64,000 bases of DNA, taken from a virus. The translations under genes and the position numbers were made by a program. The DNA lies in IMG/VR virus record IMGVR_UViG_3300047160_002873, positions 6,173 through 70,172 of that record, one strand, 5' to 3'. Below are positions 26,654-37,500 of the stretch, piece by piece. The notes below the pieces were generated by a model. The model was not told the DNA's origin, searched no databases, and was given only the letters and a program-made list of their open reading frames with translations. Each line of letters starts with the position of its first letter. The first letter of the stretch is position 1.

Positions 26654-26899
26654 ATGGACTTTCCTCCCATCCCTGACTTCCTGCTCGTTGCCAATCGCAC
26701 CGAGCTATCGCCCGAGCAGCAGGCTCGCCTCAACGAGCGTCTGAAGGCTGCCGGCCACGCCAAGCGCAAGAAGCGCCAGCGCTTCGATCTGCCCAAGACC
26801 ATGGAAGGCCCGGCTTGGGCCCTTCTGAAGCAGATCGAGAAGGACAAAGCCGACAAGCAGGCCGAGCGCTTTCGCCGGCTGCGTGAACGCAACAAGTAG
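26654..26899 (+). CDS. Basic hypothetical protein
   Basis: AGGAGCATC RBS; IPDFL motif. Confidence 0.6.
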   Translation: MDFPPIPDFLLVANRTELSPEQQARLNERLKAAGHAKRKKRQRFDLPKTMEGPAWALLKQIEKDKADKQAERFRRLRERNK

Positions 26900-26910
26900 A
26901 GGAGCATCAC

Positions 26911-27069
26911 ATGAAGCGATTCGAGATCAAGCTATGGGACAAGGTGGTCCGGGACGAGTTCTCGGAACTGGTCGAGGCCTCGGACGACGGGGAGGCGTGG
27001 AAGATCGCCCGTCGGCAGCGCCCGCAGCGCCGGTTCCACATCATCGAGATCATGGAGCTGTTCCATTGA
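26911..27069 (+). CDS. 52 aa hypothetical protein
   Basis: Hand translation MKRFEIKLWDKVVRDEFSELVEA...; AGGAGCATC RBS. Confidence 0.6.
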   Translation: MKRFEIKLWDKVVRDEFSELVEASDDGEAWKIARRQRPQRRFHIIEIMELFH

Positions 27070-27275
27070 TCGCGCACTACAAGCTTACGGTCGGTCCGTT
27101 CCGGATTGAGCTGCTGGAGAGCCGCGGGTATAACAGCCCGCGGTTCACCATGCTTTTCGGTATCCTCGCGCAGCCCAAGGCCGTTGCCCTGATCTACCTT
27201 GGCGAGGACAGGCTCGCTGCGCTGGCTTCGTTCGCCCGGAAGGTCGAGTATCACCAAACCACAGGCGAGGCATGA
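27066..27275 (+). CDS. Hypothetical protein
   Basis: TTGA overlap start; in frame with the 26883-27275 ORF. Confidence 0.45.
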   Translation: MIAHYKLTVGPFRIELLESRGYNSPRFTMLFGILAQPKAVALIYLGEDRLAALASFARKVEYHQTTGEA

Positions 27276-27637
27276 GAAAGCGATTGCCGCGGGAACTGGA
27301 GCAGGGCCGGCTCAGGAGGGGTTATTACGCCTCCGAGCCCGGAGACCTGCATGGCGCCTTCTGCATTGCCGGCGAATGGACTTCCCAGCTTCGCATCCTG
27401 TCCTCAGGCGTCGACAGGGAGTTCGGCTGGGAGCATGTCTCGGTGTCGACCGATCGCCGCTGTCCCAGCTGGGAAGAGATGCAGAAGGTCAAGGAGCTGT
27501 TCTGGATGGACGACGAGGTGGTGATGCAGCTGCATCCGGCCAAGAAAGACCATATCAGCGTGGCTCACTATTGCCTCCACCTCTGGCGTCCCCTCGAAGC
27601 TGTGATACCGTTGCCACCCACGGAACTGATTGCATAG
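27272..27637 (+). CDS. Conserved-looking phage protein (WEHVSVS...CPSWEEM...CLHLW family)
   Basis: Recognisable motif chain of a common phage DUF. Confidence 0.7.
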   Translation: MRKRLPRELEQGRLRRGYYASEPGDLHGAFCIAGEWTSQLRILSSGVDREFGWEHVSVSTDRRCPSWEEMQKVKELFWMDDEVVMQLHPAKKDHISVAHYCLHLWRPLEAVIPLPPTELIA

Positions 27638-27648
27638 GAGGAACACAG

Positions 27649-27951
27649 ATGCCGGACAGATACGACAACGCAAACTTCCTCGACAAGGCGTTCGAGGTGG
27701 CAGCAGAGACGCAGAAGGGGATCGGTCAGCTGGCGCCGGATGAAGTGTCATTCGTGATGGGCTTCATTGCCTGCTTCGGCATCGTGACCGGACGCGTTGA
27801 CGTCGGCATTGGTCCTGACGAGCCTCTGGATACTATCTTCGATGCCATTCACAAGGACATCGTCGCCTTTGGCAGGCGGGTCGCAGCCAACCAGCGACTC
27901 CAGAACGTAGTGAGGGACAAGGTAAATGGCTTCAGACCGCGACGACATTGA
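27649..27951 (+). CDS. Hypothetical protein
   Basis: AGGAGG RBS before ATG 27649. Confidence 0.6.
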   Translation: MPDRYDNANFLDKAFEVAAETQKGIGQLAPDEVSFVMGFIACFGIVTGRVDVGIGPDEPLDTIFDAIHKDIVAFGRRVAANQRLQNVVRDKVNGFRPRRH

Positions 27952-28174
27952 GACGACGGACGACGGCATGCTCCTCGCCAGTGGCTGGTTTGGCTACTCG
28001 TGCGATGCATGCGGCTGCTACCACATCGATCTGCTCGACACCAACAACAAGCCGTTTGCGAGCATGGTGATTGACGAGGGCGACCTCGAAAAGGTGGCGC
28101 ATGTCCTGCTGGGCTTCGCTGCCAAGACCACAACTGAGCGCGGGCTCAATTCCGCTCTTTTCACAAGGCACTAG
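27926..28174 (+). CDS. Small CxxCxxxH protein
   Basis: CDACGCYH motif. Confidence 0.55.
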   Translation: MASDRDDIETTDDGMLLASGWFGYSCDACGCYHIDLLDTNNKPFASMVIDEGDLEKVAHVLLGFAAKTTTERGLNSALFTRH

Positions 28175-28191
28175 AGAGGAGGGATATATCA

Positions 28192-28497
28192 ATGGCAGGA
28201 TACGAACGTCGGAGGACACCCCCAAGCACGGCACAACTAGAGGAGATGTCAGTGACAGAGCAAGCCAGCACCCCTCCTGAGCAGGCTGAGGGTAGGCCAG
28301 ACGGTAAGGATGACGGACCTGTCAATATTCAGGTCGCCCACAACGAGAACGTGGTGATTATCCAGTTCGGTGGCCCGGTCTCGTGGGTTGGCATGCCGCC
28401 TGACAACGCCAGATCGCTGGCCCGGTTCCTGTTCGAGCACGCCCTCATGGTGGAGCAGCAGGCGGCTGTTGCCGCGGTCCCGCAGGGCAACGCATGA
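28192..28497 (+). CDS. Hypothetical protein
   Basis: VVIIQFGGPVSWVGMPP..AR.LA motif; start may lie downstream. Confidence 0.6.
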   Translation: MAGYERRRTPPSTAQLEEMSVTEQASTPPEQAEGRPDGKDDGPVNIQVAHNENVVIIQFGGPVSWVGMPPDNARSLARFLFEHALMVEQQAAVAAVPQGNA

Positions 28498-28706
28498 ACC
28501 AGCTGATCACTGGAACCGTCGTTATCTGGTACCTCTTCCTAGTCTTGTGCCTGATGCTCTTTGTCACGGCCGGCGAATGGAATAGTATCCTTGTGTTTCT
28601 CACAGGCTTCATGGCCGCAGCAGGAGGCACCTGCGTGGCTGTCATCTGGGCGTCCATGGTGCTAGCGAAGCGAGCAGACCAGAACGATCCTTTTCTGAGA
28701 GACTGA
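28494..28706 (+). CDS. Small two-TM membrane protein
   Basis: Two hydrophobic helices and a charged C-tail. Confidence 0.6.
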   Translation: MNQLITGTVVIWYLFLVLCLMLFVTAGEWNSILVFLTGFMAAAGGTCVAVIWASMVLAKRADQNDPFLRD

Positions 28707-28709
28707 AAA

Positions 28710-29264
28710 ATGGGCGGCAGTAAGAAGGGCGAGCATCGCGGCAATGCCCGGAAGCGGCCGGCATCCCGGCCAACCAACAGAACGCATGAGACGCCCGCGG
28801 AGATCATGCGCGAGGCCACCAGCAAGCGGGGCAACGCCCGGCTGGACCCGGTAGTGATCGAGCGCCGGATCATGGTGGCGCGGATAATCAATCCACCCTC
28901 GGACAATATCGACGACATGACGCCCAAGGACGTGCTGCTCGCCGGCATGCACCATCACATGGGCGCGATTCGCGATATGAAGCTGATGCTGGAGGCTGTC
29001 GCCGAGCAGCCTGTGACCGAGGACACTGCGGCTCAGTGCAATGCGCTGGATGCCGAGATCGAGCGTGGCTTCGACAAGGCCGGCGAGTTCGCGTTCAAGG
29101 TCGCCGGCTATATCCACGCCAAGAAGCAGATCATTGGCACCACCGAGATGACCGGCCAGAGCCAAATCGCGATCCTGCAGGAGCTGTTCGACGAGATCAA
29201 TGAGCTAGAGGCGACCAAGCCGATTCCGATCGAGCACAAGCCACCACAGAGAACAGGATCATGA
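28710..29264 (+). CDS. terS: Putative terminase small subunit
   Basis: GGSKKGEHRG...TN, TPKDVLL.GM, A.KVAGYIHAK pattern typical of small-terminase-like proteins; at the start of the late region. Confidence 0.55.
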   Translation: MGGSKKGEHRGNARKRPASRPTNRTHETPAEIMREATSKRGNARLDPVVIERRIMVARIINPPSDNIDDMTPKDVLLAGMHHHMGAIRDMKLMLEAVAEQPVTEDTAAQCNALDAEIERGFDKAGEFAFKVAGYIHAKKQIIGTTEMTGQSQIAILQELFDEINELEATKPIPIEHKPPQRTGS

Positions 29265-29482
29265 CCAAGGTGATCACAGGCGAGGACAAGCTGTCTTGTG
29301 CCCAGCGAGAGCTACGGCTGCGGCGCAAGGTGTATCCGCGGTGGGTGCAGATCGGCAAGATGGATGCGAGCGATGCTGCCCGGGAGATCGCGACAATGGA
29401 GGCGATCGTCAAAGACTATCAGCACCACCTGCGACAGAAGGAGATGTTCGGTGATCTCGATCAGCCATTGGGGAATGTTTAG
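29261..29482 (+). CDS. Hypothetical phage protein
   Basis: CAQREL.LRRKVYPRWV..GKM....A.REIA.MEAI motif. Confidence 0.7.
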   Translation: MTKVITGEDKLSCAQRELRLRRKVYPRWVQIGKMDASDAAREIATMEAIVKDYQHHLRQKEMFGDLDQPLGNV

Positions 29483-29566
29483 AGTTGAGCCCTATCCGGA
29501 GCATCATGATCTGCTCCACCACGACGGCATTGAGCCATCCAAGCTGGCGTGGCTGGAGTGGCTTGG

Positions 29567-30226
29567 ATGAGGCGCTATGTCTGCCAGAAGCAGCCGCTGG
29601 TGATGACGCATGCCGAGATCGAGGCAGAGGCACAGCGCCGGTACGAATTGCACAAGGGCCAAGCGTCGCAGAAAGCCCTTGCTCCAGATCATGACCTGAA
29701 GGGCGTTCTTGGCGAGGTGCAATGGGCGGATACGAGCGGCGAGCCCATGGCCCCTCCCGTCACTCATGGTGGCGGAGACAATGGGATTGACGGCTATGCA
29801 TGGACGATCCACGGCGATTTTCCGGTCGACGTCAAGGCAGCGGCTATCCCCAAGAACCTGTGGGTCAAACAGGGCTGGGCAAAGCGTGGCACGATTTACA
29901 TCCTCGGCCAGTATCACGATCTGGGACCGGGCAATCGCTGGGTCGAACTGTTGCGCTGGCAGAAGGGCTCGATTGTTCTGGAGGCGCCAGTCATCAATAC
30001 GCCGGGCGATATCCTCGTCAATTCCATCCCGTTCAATGACCTGCGCGAGATCGACGAGCTGGTCGAGGTATGTCGCTTCGTGAAAGACTTCACGATGGAT
30101 GAGGTGCGCACTGAGCTGCGCCAGCATCACCACGCCGGGCTCGCCGGCAAGCCACGTTCAGAGCGGATAAGCCAGCGCATTGCTGCTCTGTGGCGCCGGG
30201 TCGACGAAGATGCTAAGAAGGGCTGA
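29567..30226 (+). CDS. Putative PD-(D/E)xK nuclease-like protein
   Basis: GVLGE...DNGIDG...DVKA spacing. Confidence 0.4.
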   Translation: MRRYVCQKQPLVMTHAEIEAEAQRRYELHKGQASQKALAPDHDLKGVLGEVQWADTSGEPMAPPVTHGGGDNGIDGYAWTIHGDFPVDVKAAAIPKNLWVKQGWAKRGTIYILGQYHDLGPGNRWVELLRWQKGSIVLEAPVINTPGDILVNSIPFNDLREIDELVEVCRFVKDFTMDEVRTELRQHHHAGLAGKPRSERISQRIAALWRRVDEDAKKG

Positions 30227-30244
30227 CCACGGCAGGAGGCAGGC

Positions 30245-30553
30245 ATGGCCAAGCTCTATGTCACGGAATATCCCGATCTTCCGGGGGCGTTCGCCACATT
30301 CGCTCCACAGGTAACGCGCGATCCGCCACTGGTTGATCAGACGCCTGTCGCTATTGCTGTTGGTGCCAATCCATCCGCGGCCTTTTCAAGCCAGACCAAG
30401 ATCGTCCGGCTGCATGCGGATGTAGTATGCTCGATCGCGATCGGTCCGGTGGGCACAGTGGCGACAGCGAACAACCAGCGCATGGCCGCCAATCAGACCG
30501 AGTACAAGATGGTCATCCCGGGATATATCGTCAGCGTTATCTCCAACACGTAG
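30245..30553 (+). CDS. Small beta-sandwich virion-like protein
   Basis: LYVTEY...SAAF..TKIVRLHAD..CSI.IG...AT.N..RMAANQTEY; AGGAGG RBS. Confidence 0.6.
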   Translation: MAKLYVTEYPDLPGAFATFAPQVTRDPPLVDQTPVAIAVGANPSAAFSSQTKIVRLHADVVCSIAIGPVGTVATANNQRMAANQTEYKMVIPGYIVSVISNT

Positions 30554-30562
30554 GAGGGCTCA

Positions 30563-31126
30563 ATGTCCTTGGGCGCGTATCTACCGCCGACATCAGGCGA
30601 GGCTGCATCGATGTACGCATTGCTGCAGGTGATCGCTGATCCGAAGCAGGCCAAGCAGGCGCTCGACAAGATGGTCGAGGAGCGAAAGGCAATCGACAAT
30701 GCAACCGAGAAGCAGCGAGAATTGCTTGCACACAGCGAGGCTGCGAACCGTAAGGCACATCAGGAGAGTGAGAAGGCTAAAGCGGAAGCAGAGCGCGCGT
30801 CGACCAAAGCTGCGGCCGATCTTGGAGCAGCCAAGAACGCCCTAGCGCAGGCTCAGCGTGCCAAGGAGCAGGCCGAGCACAGTGAGCGCACCGCGGCCGA
30901 CATCCGGGCGCTGACCGACCAGCGGGAGTCGGTGCTCGATGCCCGCGAGAAGGAGGTCGAGGCCCGGGAGCGCAAGCTTCAGAATGGCGAGCAATCGATC
31001 GAGCGGCAGGTCGAGCTACTCAAGAAGCGGGAGCAGGGGCTTGTCGACCGTGAGGCCCAGCTGGCTGAGGATGTCGCGGAGAACGAGAAATGGCTTCGTG
31101 GCTTGAAGCCGCCTCGGGCGCGCTAA
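30563..31126 (+). CDS. Coiled-coil protein
   Basis: Continuous E/K/A/R heptads; AGGAGG RBS. Confidence 0.65.
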   Translation: MSLGAYLPPTSGEAASMYALLQVIADPKQAKQALDKMVEERKAIDNATEKQRELLAHSEAANRKAHQESEKAKAEAERASTKAAADLGAAKNALAQAQRAKEQAEHSERTAADIRALTDQRESVLDAREKEVEARERKLQNGEQSIERQVELLKKREQGLVDREAQLAEDVAENEKWLRGLKPPRAR

Positions 31127-31497
31127 CGCTTCTCGCATTCTTCGGAGCGTTCCCGCGCTTCGCAAAGGACGGTGTCATCGACGCGTTCGGTGGCAGCATC
31201 GTCACAACGCCAATACCAATGACGGTGCCGGCCAACGCGCCGATCGGCACTGTGGTCGGAACACTGTCAGTCGCTGGAGGACCGGGAGGGACATACACCT
31301 ACAGCCTGCTCTCTGATGCATTGGGCTACTTCACGATTGTCGGCAATCAGCTGCAGGTCAATGCAGCGATGGTGCCCGGGACCGACAACATCACGATCCT
31401 CGCCACCGGGAGTCTGGGAGACACGATACAGCTGCCAACTTCTGTGATCATTACACCGGTCGGGTATGTGCCAACATATTATCTCTATGGGTTCTGA
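31090..31497 (+). CDS. Single cadherin-like domain protein
   Basis: VPANAPIGTVVGTLSV...TYSL...FTI.GNQLQV...ITI.AT; C-tail PTYYLYGF. Confidence 0.65.
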   Translation: MASWLEAASGALTLLAFFGAFPRFAKDGVIDAFGGSIVTTPIPMTVPANAPIGTVVGTLSVAGGPGGTYTYSLLSDALGYFTIVGNQLQVNAAMVPGTDNITILATGSLGDTIQLPTSVIITPVGYVPTYYLYGF

Positions 31498-31500
31498 TCC

Positions 31501-34500
31501 ATGGCTGACCCTATTGTACACGTCACCAACGGCATCCCTGACGCCGGCACCGGCAACATAACCACCCTCGGTCAGACTCTGCTGGACGGCGCCAACATTG
31601 TCTTCGGCGCCACCTCCGATCTCGCGATAACTGCCGGAGCAGCCGGCACCATCTCGGCCAAGCTTCGGTCGATTTCGCGGGACATCGTCGGCGGCATCGT
31701 GCTGCAGACGGGCGCCAACGTCATTGGCGCGGTGACACAGTCTGCCGGGCCATGGTCGGTCTCCGGCACTGTGGCAGCAACACAGAGCGGCGCATGGAAC
31801 ATCGGGAATATAACGGGCACCGTATCACTCCCGACGGGAGCTGCTACATCTGCGAATCAGCCGACCAATGTCACACAAGCCTCTACCACGTCTGGACAAA
31901 CCGGCTCTCTGTCCTTCGGTGCTGTCACAACTGCGGCACCATCGTATGGCACCGGACAATCGAGTCCCGTTTCCCTGACGACGGCTGGAGCGCTCCGGAC
32001 TGACAGCAGCGCGGTCACGCAGCCGATCTCCGGCAGCGTCACGGTCACCGGCACCACGACGGTCACCGGGACCGTGGCTGCGACGCAGTCAGGAACGTGG
32101 AACATCGGCACCCTGACGTCGATCACCAACCCGGTGGCGGTGACTGGTACATTCTGGCAGGCCACCCAGCCCATATCGGCAGCCGCCCTTCCGTTGCCAT
32201 CTGGCGCGGCTACGAGCGCCAACCAGACGACGGCCGCGGCTCAGGGCTCCGCCACCAGCGGCCAGACTGGACCGCTTGTACAGGGCGCTGTGACGACCTC
32301 AGCACCCACCTACACCACAGCAACCACCCAACCAGTATCGCTGACCACGGCAGGTGCGATACGGGTCGACGGTTCCGCCACTACCCAGCCAGTGAGCGGG
32401 ACCGTCGCGGCCACACAGTCCGGCAACTGGTCGAGCCGGCTACAGGATGGCTCCGGCAATGCCATAACCTCGGACGCCCGAGGCACAGCCCGGCCGCTGG
32501 CTGTCGAGATACTGGACGCCAGCGGAAACCAGATCACGAGTTTCGGTGCCGGTTCAGGACCAAGCTTCGGTGCGGCCTTCCCGTCGACCGGGCAGGCGAT
32601 CGGCGTCAAGGACTCGACCGGCGTCAATATGACCAACCTCAAGGCCAACGCATCCAACGCGTTGGTTGTTGATGGCAGTGCAGTCACCCAACCGGTGAGC
32701 GGCACCTTCTGGCAGGCGACGCAGCCTGTTTCCGGGACGTTCTGGCAAGCAACCCAGCCCGTCAGCGCAGCGTCCCTGCCACTGCCGTCCGGCGCATCGA
32801 CATCGGCCAACCAGCCAACCAATGCCGCGATTGCCTCGACCACGTCAGGTCAGACAGGCAATCTGTCTTTTGGTGCAGTCACTACGGCTGCGCCGGCCTA
32901 CACGACGGCTCAGAGCAACCCATTGAGCCTGACCACCGCGGGCGCATTGCGTGTCGACGGGAGCGGCGTCACGCAACCAGTCTCCGGTACCGTGGCAATC
33001 AGCGGGACAGTCGCGGCAACCCAGAGCGGAACATGGAACATAACCAACATCACTGGCACAGTCTCATTGCCAACGGGAGCAGCGACCAGTGCCAACCAGC
33101 CATCGAATGCTTCGCTTGGGAGTGCAACCTCGGGGCAAACGGGACATCTCGCCCTCGGAGCCGTTACCACAGCCGCACCATCGTATACGACGGCAACCAG
33201 CAACGTCTTGTCACTTACCACTACAGGTGCCCTGCGTGTGGATGGGAGTGGAGTTACACAACCTGTTAGCGGCACGGTCACGGCATCGCAGGGAGGCACA
33301 TGGACGGTTCAGCCGGGCAATACAGCCAACACCACACCATGGCTGATCTCGATCCAGCAGGGCGGCAATACAGCAGCGGTGACGGCGGCGAGCGCGCTGA
33401 AGGTCGACAACAGCGCAGTGACACAACCTGTCTCGGGAACGGTCGCAGCGACGCAGAGCGGCAACTGGACCAGCCGCACGGTCGGCAATGCAGGGGCGAT
33501 TCTCGACTTCGCCGGGCAGAACGCCTCGGCCCCGGCCAACTCATTCTTGGTCGGTGGTGAGTTCAACACCACGCCCACCACGATCTCCTCGGGCAATGCG
33601 AGCCCCCTGCAGCTGGACAGCGCCGGCAACCTACTTGTGAACGTGAAGGCAGGTGGCGCCGCGGGCGGCACATCGTCAAGCTTCGGCGCGGCGATCCCGG
33701 GTACAGGCACCGCGGCCGGCTTCAGCGATGGCACGAACATGCAGCTGGCGCGCGTGTTCGATGGCGACACTGGCGCGGGCACGCAATACAGCCTCGGTGT
33801 CCTGCTCAAGACACCAGCGAGTGGCGGTGCGGTCGACGTCGGTGTGAGCGGCCAGCCGTTGCGTGTTGATCCCACGGGCACCACGACGCAGCCAGTCAGT
33901 GGCACCTTCTGGCAGACTACGCAGCCGGTGTCGGGCACTGTCACGGCGAATCAGGGGAGCCCACCATGGACAGTCAAGCCGGACGGAACGGTCTGGGGAG
34001 TGACAGGCACGAGCGCGAACGTCAACCTGACGAACGCGAGTGTCGCGGTGACCGGGACATTCTGGCAGGCGACGCAACCAATCAGTGCGGCGAGCCTTCC
34101 ACTTCCGACTGGTGCGGCAACGTCAGCCAATCAGCCCACCAACGCAGCGCTGGGATCGACTACGTCTGGTCAGACTGGGTATCTAGCCCTTGGAGCCGTT
34201 ACTACTGCTGCGCCAACGTATACGACTGCGCAGAGCAACGCACTCAGTCTCACCACCGCGGGTGCGTTGCGCGTCGATGGAAGCGGAGTGACACAACCGG
34301 TCAGTGGGACGATTAGCGTCTCGGGCACAGTCGGGGTTACACAGAGCGGCACATGGACAGTTCAACCCGGAAACACAGCGAATACGACGGCTTGGCTAGT
34401 TACCGGGACTGGTGGCACGTTTCCCGCGACCCAGAGCGGTACTTGGAATATTACGAATGTCTCCGGGACCGTGTCATTGCCGACTGGCGCGTCTACCAGT

Positions 34501-37500
34501 GCGAATCAGCCGAGCAATGCGGGCCAAGGATCGACGACCAGCGGCCAGACCGGCACCATGGCGATGGGTGCGGTCACGACCGGCAACCCAACCTATACAA
34601 CGGGCCAGACCAGTCCCCTGTCATTGGATACATCGGGTGCCTTGCGCGTCAATGTTATCGCTGGCTCAGGCGGTGGTGGCACTAGCTCAAGCTTCGGCTC
34701 TGCATTCCCCGCCACAGGTACGGCGATCGGTGCGAAGGACTCGGCCGGCACGAACATGACGTTCCTGCAGGTCAATTCCAGCAACGCGCTCAAGGTGGAT
34801 GGAAGCGCCGTCACCCAGCCAGTGAGTGGCACGTTCTGGCAAGCTACGCAGCCCGTTTCAGGCACTGTCACGGCAAACCAAGGCGGTGCGCCATGGACGA
34901 TGAAACCAGACGGCACCGTCTGGACGCTGACCGGCACGAGCGCCAATGTCAACGTGACCAACTCGGTCACGATCTCGGGCACTGTGACTGTTACGGGCAC
35001 GGTCGCGGCCACGCAATCAGGCAACTGGACTAGCAGGATCGTCGGCAATGCCGGCGCAACGCTCGATGCGGTGATCGGCAATGCCACCGCACCAACAAAC
35101 ATGATCGCTGTGGGGGGCGTCTTCAACACGACCCGGCCAACGCTGACCACGGGTCAGTCCGCGGCCTTCCAATCGAACAGCAGTGGCGTGCAGCTGGTCG
35201 ACGGGTCGACGGTGACACAGCCTGTATCGGGTACTTTCTGGCAAGCTACACAGCCTGTATCGGGCACGGTGACTGTGACGCAAGGCACAGCCGCCAACCT
35301 CAACGCGACTGTGACCGGCACGGTGGGTGTTTCGGGCACGGTGGCCTGCACACAGAGTGGCACATGGAATATCACAAACATCTCAGGGACTGTCTCGCTC
35401 CCGACTGGGGCGGCGACCTCTGCAAATCAGCCCACGAATGCAAGTTTGGGCTCCACTACCTCGGGACAGACCGGGTATCTGGCACTTGGCGCGGTTACTA
35501 CCTCTGCCCCCACCTACCTGACGGCGCAAACCAACGCGCTATCGCTTACTACAGCCGGCGCGTTACGCGTGGACGGAAGTGGGGTGACGCAGCCCGTCAG
35601 CGGAACCTTTTGGCAAGCCACGCAGCCCGTATCCGGGACCGTTACGGCTAACCAAGGCGGCACTTGGACTGTGCAGCCCGGGAATACAGCTAACACGACA
35701 CCATGGCTCGCCAAGATCGGTGATGGCACGAACAGCGCAGCGATCAAGGCGGCGAGCACGAGTGCAGTCGCTGGTGATCCGGCATTGGTTGTTGCAATCA
35801 GCCCCAACAGTGCGACGGTTGCAGCAACCCAGTCCGGCACTTGGAACATCAACAACATCAGCGGCACGGTGAGCCTGCCTACTGGCGCCGCAACGAGCGC
35901 CAACCAGCCCAGCAATATCGCGCAAGCTGCAGCGACATCCTCGCAAACCGGTACACTTGCGATGGGTATGGTGACGACCGGAAACCCAACCTATACGACA
36001 GGCACGATCAACGGCATGAGCCTCGATACCTCGGGCGCTCTACGTGTGAACGTTATTGCTGGCTCAGGTGGTGGCGGCACGAGCAGCTCATTCAGTAGCG
36101 CGTTCCCCGCAACTGGTACGGCGATAGGTGCCACGGACGGCACCAATATGAAGCCGTTGAAGGTTGATGGCGCTGGCAATTTGAATGTGGTCAGCACACC
36201 AACAATATGGACTCAAACTAATAACTGGACATCAGCAACTCCGGGCAATTCGACTGTCCTTCTCTACAATGGCACGTCTCTGGTTGAGACTGTGCTTGCG
36301 GGTCAGCTGACCACGACAAGCACGATCACCGCGGGTGCTCTTACATTCGAAGAGAGCTGGGATGCAGGTACGACGTGGAAGAGCGTTCCTGCTGCGCGCA
36401 TGCTTGATCCAAGCACGGGGTTTCAACTCTCGAACCCGTACACGCTGGCCCCTACCACGACTCAGCCATTCCAGATCGTTATAGATGGTGCGGCACAGAT
36501 TCGGAGCCGTCTCTCAACAGCCATCACGGGGACTGGAACGCTTACTATTGGCTGGACGATGGCAAACCTGTCGGGCCCAGTTCCTATTATTCAGCAGGGC
36601 GCGCCATTTTACAGCAACATACAGCAATGGGGTAACACGGCATTAGGTGCGCCGTCGAACTATGGCACATCGCCCGGAGCTGTCTCCGTGCCCGGCGTCA
36701 ATGCTTTTGTGACCAATACCGTTGCAGTCTCCGGCACCTTCTGGCAAGCAACTCAGCCGGTCAGTGGCACTGTCACCGCGAACCAAGGCGGCGCTCCATG
36801 GGCGCAAAATGTCAGCCAGTTTGGCGGCACGAACATCTCGACGGGCACGGGTGTAGGCGGCGCCGGCATTCCGCGCGTTACGGTGTCGAGCGATAGCACG
36901 GTCGGTGTGTCTGGCACGGTGACAGTTTCGGGCACAGTTACTGCCAACCAAGGCGGTACATGGACTGTGCAGCCCGGCAACACGGCCAACACTACAGCTT
37001 GGCTGGTCACTGGCACAGGCGGGACATTCCCGGTCACCGGAACCTTCTGGCAGGCTACTCAACCAGTCTCCGGCACGGTCTCTGCTCAATCATCGACCTC
37101 TCCAGTGTCGACAATGAACAGTGCGAGCGCCAATACCGGCCTCAATGCAGCAATGGCTGGCGTGTTCGACGACGTCACGCCGACAGCGATCACCGAGAAC
37201 AATTTCGGTTTTGTGCGCATGTCGGCCAACCGCAACCTCTATGGCACGATCCGCGACGCTGCCGGCAACGAGCGCGGTGTCAACGTCACCACGGGCAACG
37301 CCCTGACGGTCGATGGCTCGGCCACTACCCAGCCGGTCTCGATCGCAGCCTCGGTGACTGTGCAGCAGGCCACCTCGTCCAACCTCAAGGGACAGGTCGA
37401 CCCCCTGACGCCGGCAAGCTGGGCGATCGGCACGAGTACCTACAACAGCGCACTGGCTACCAACGGTCATTTGGCGTTGGCCCAGTTCCAGACCAGCCCC

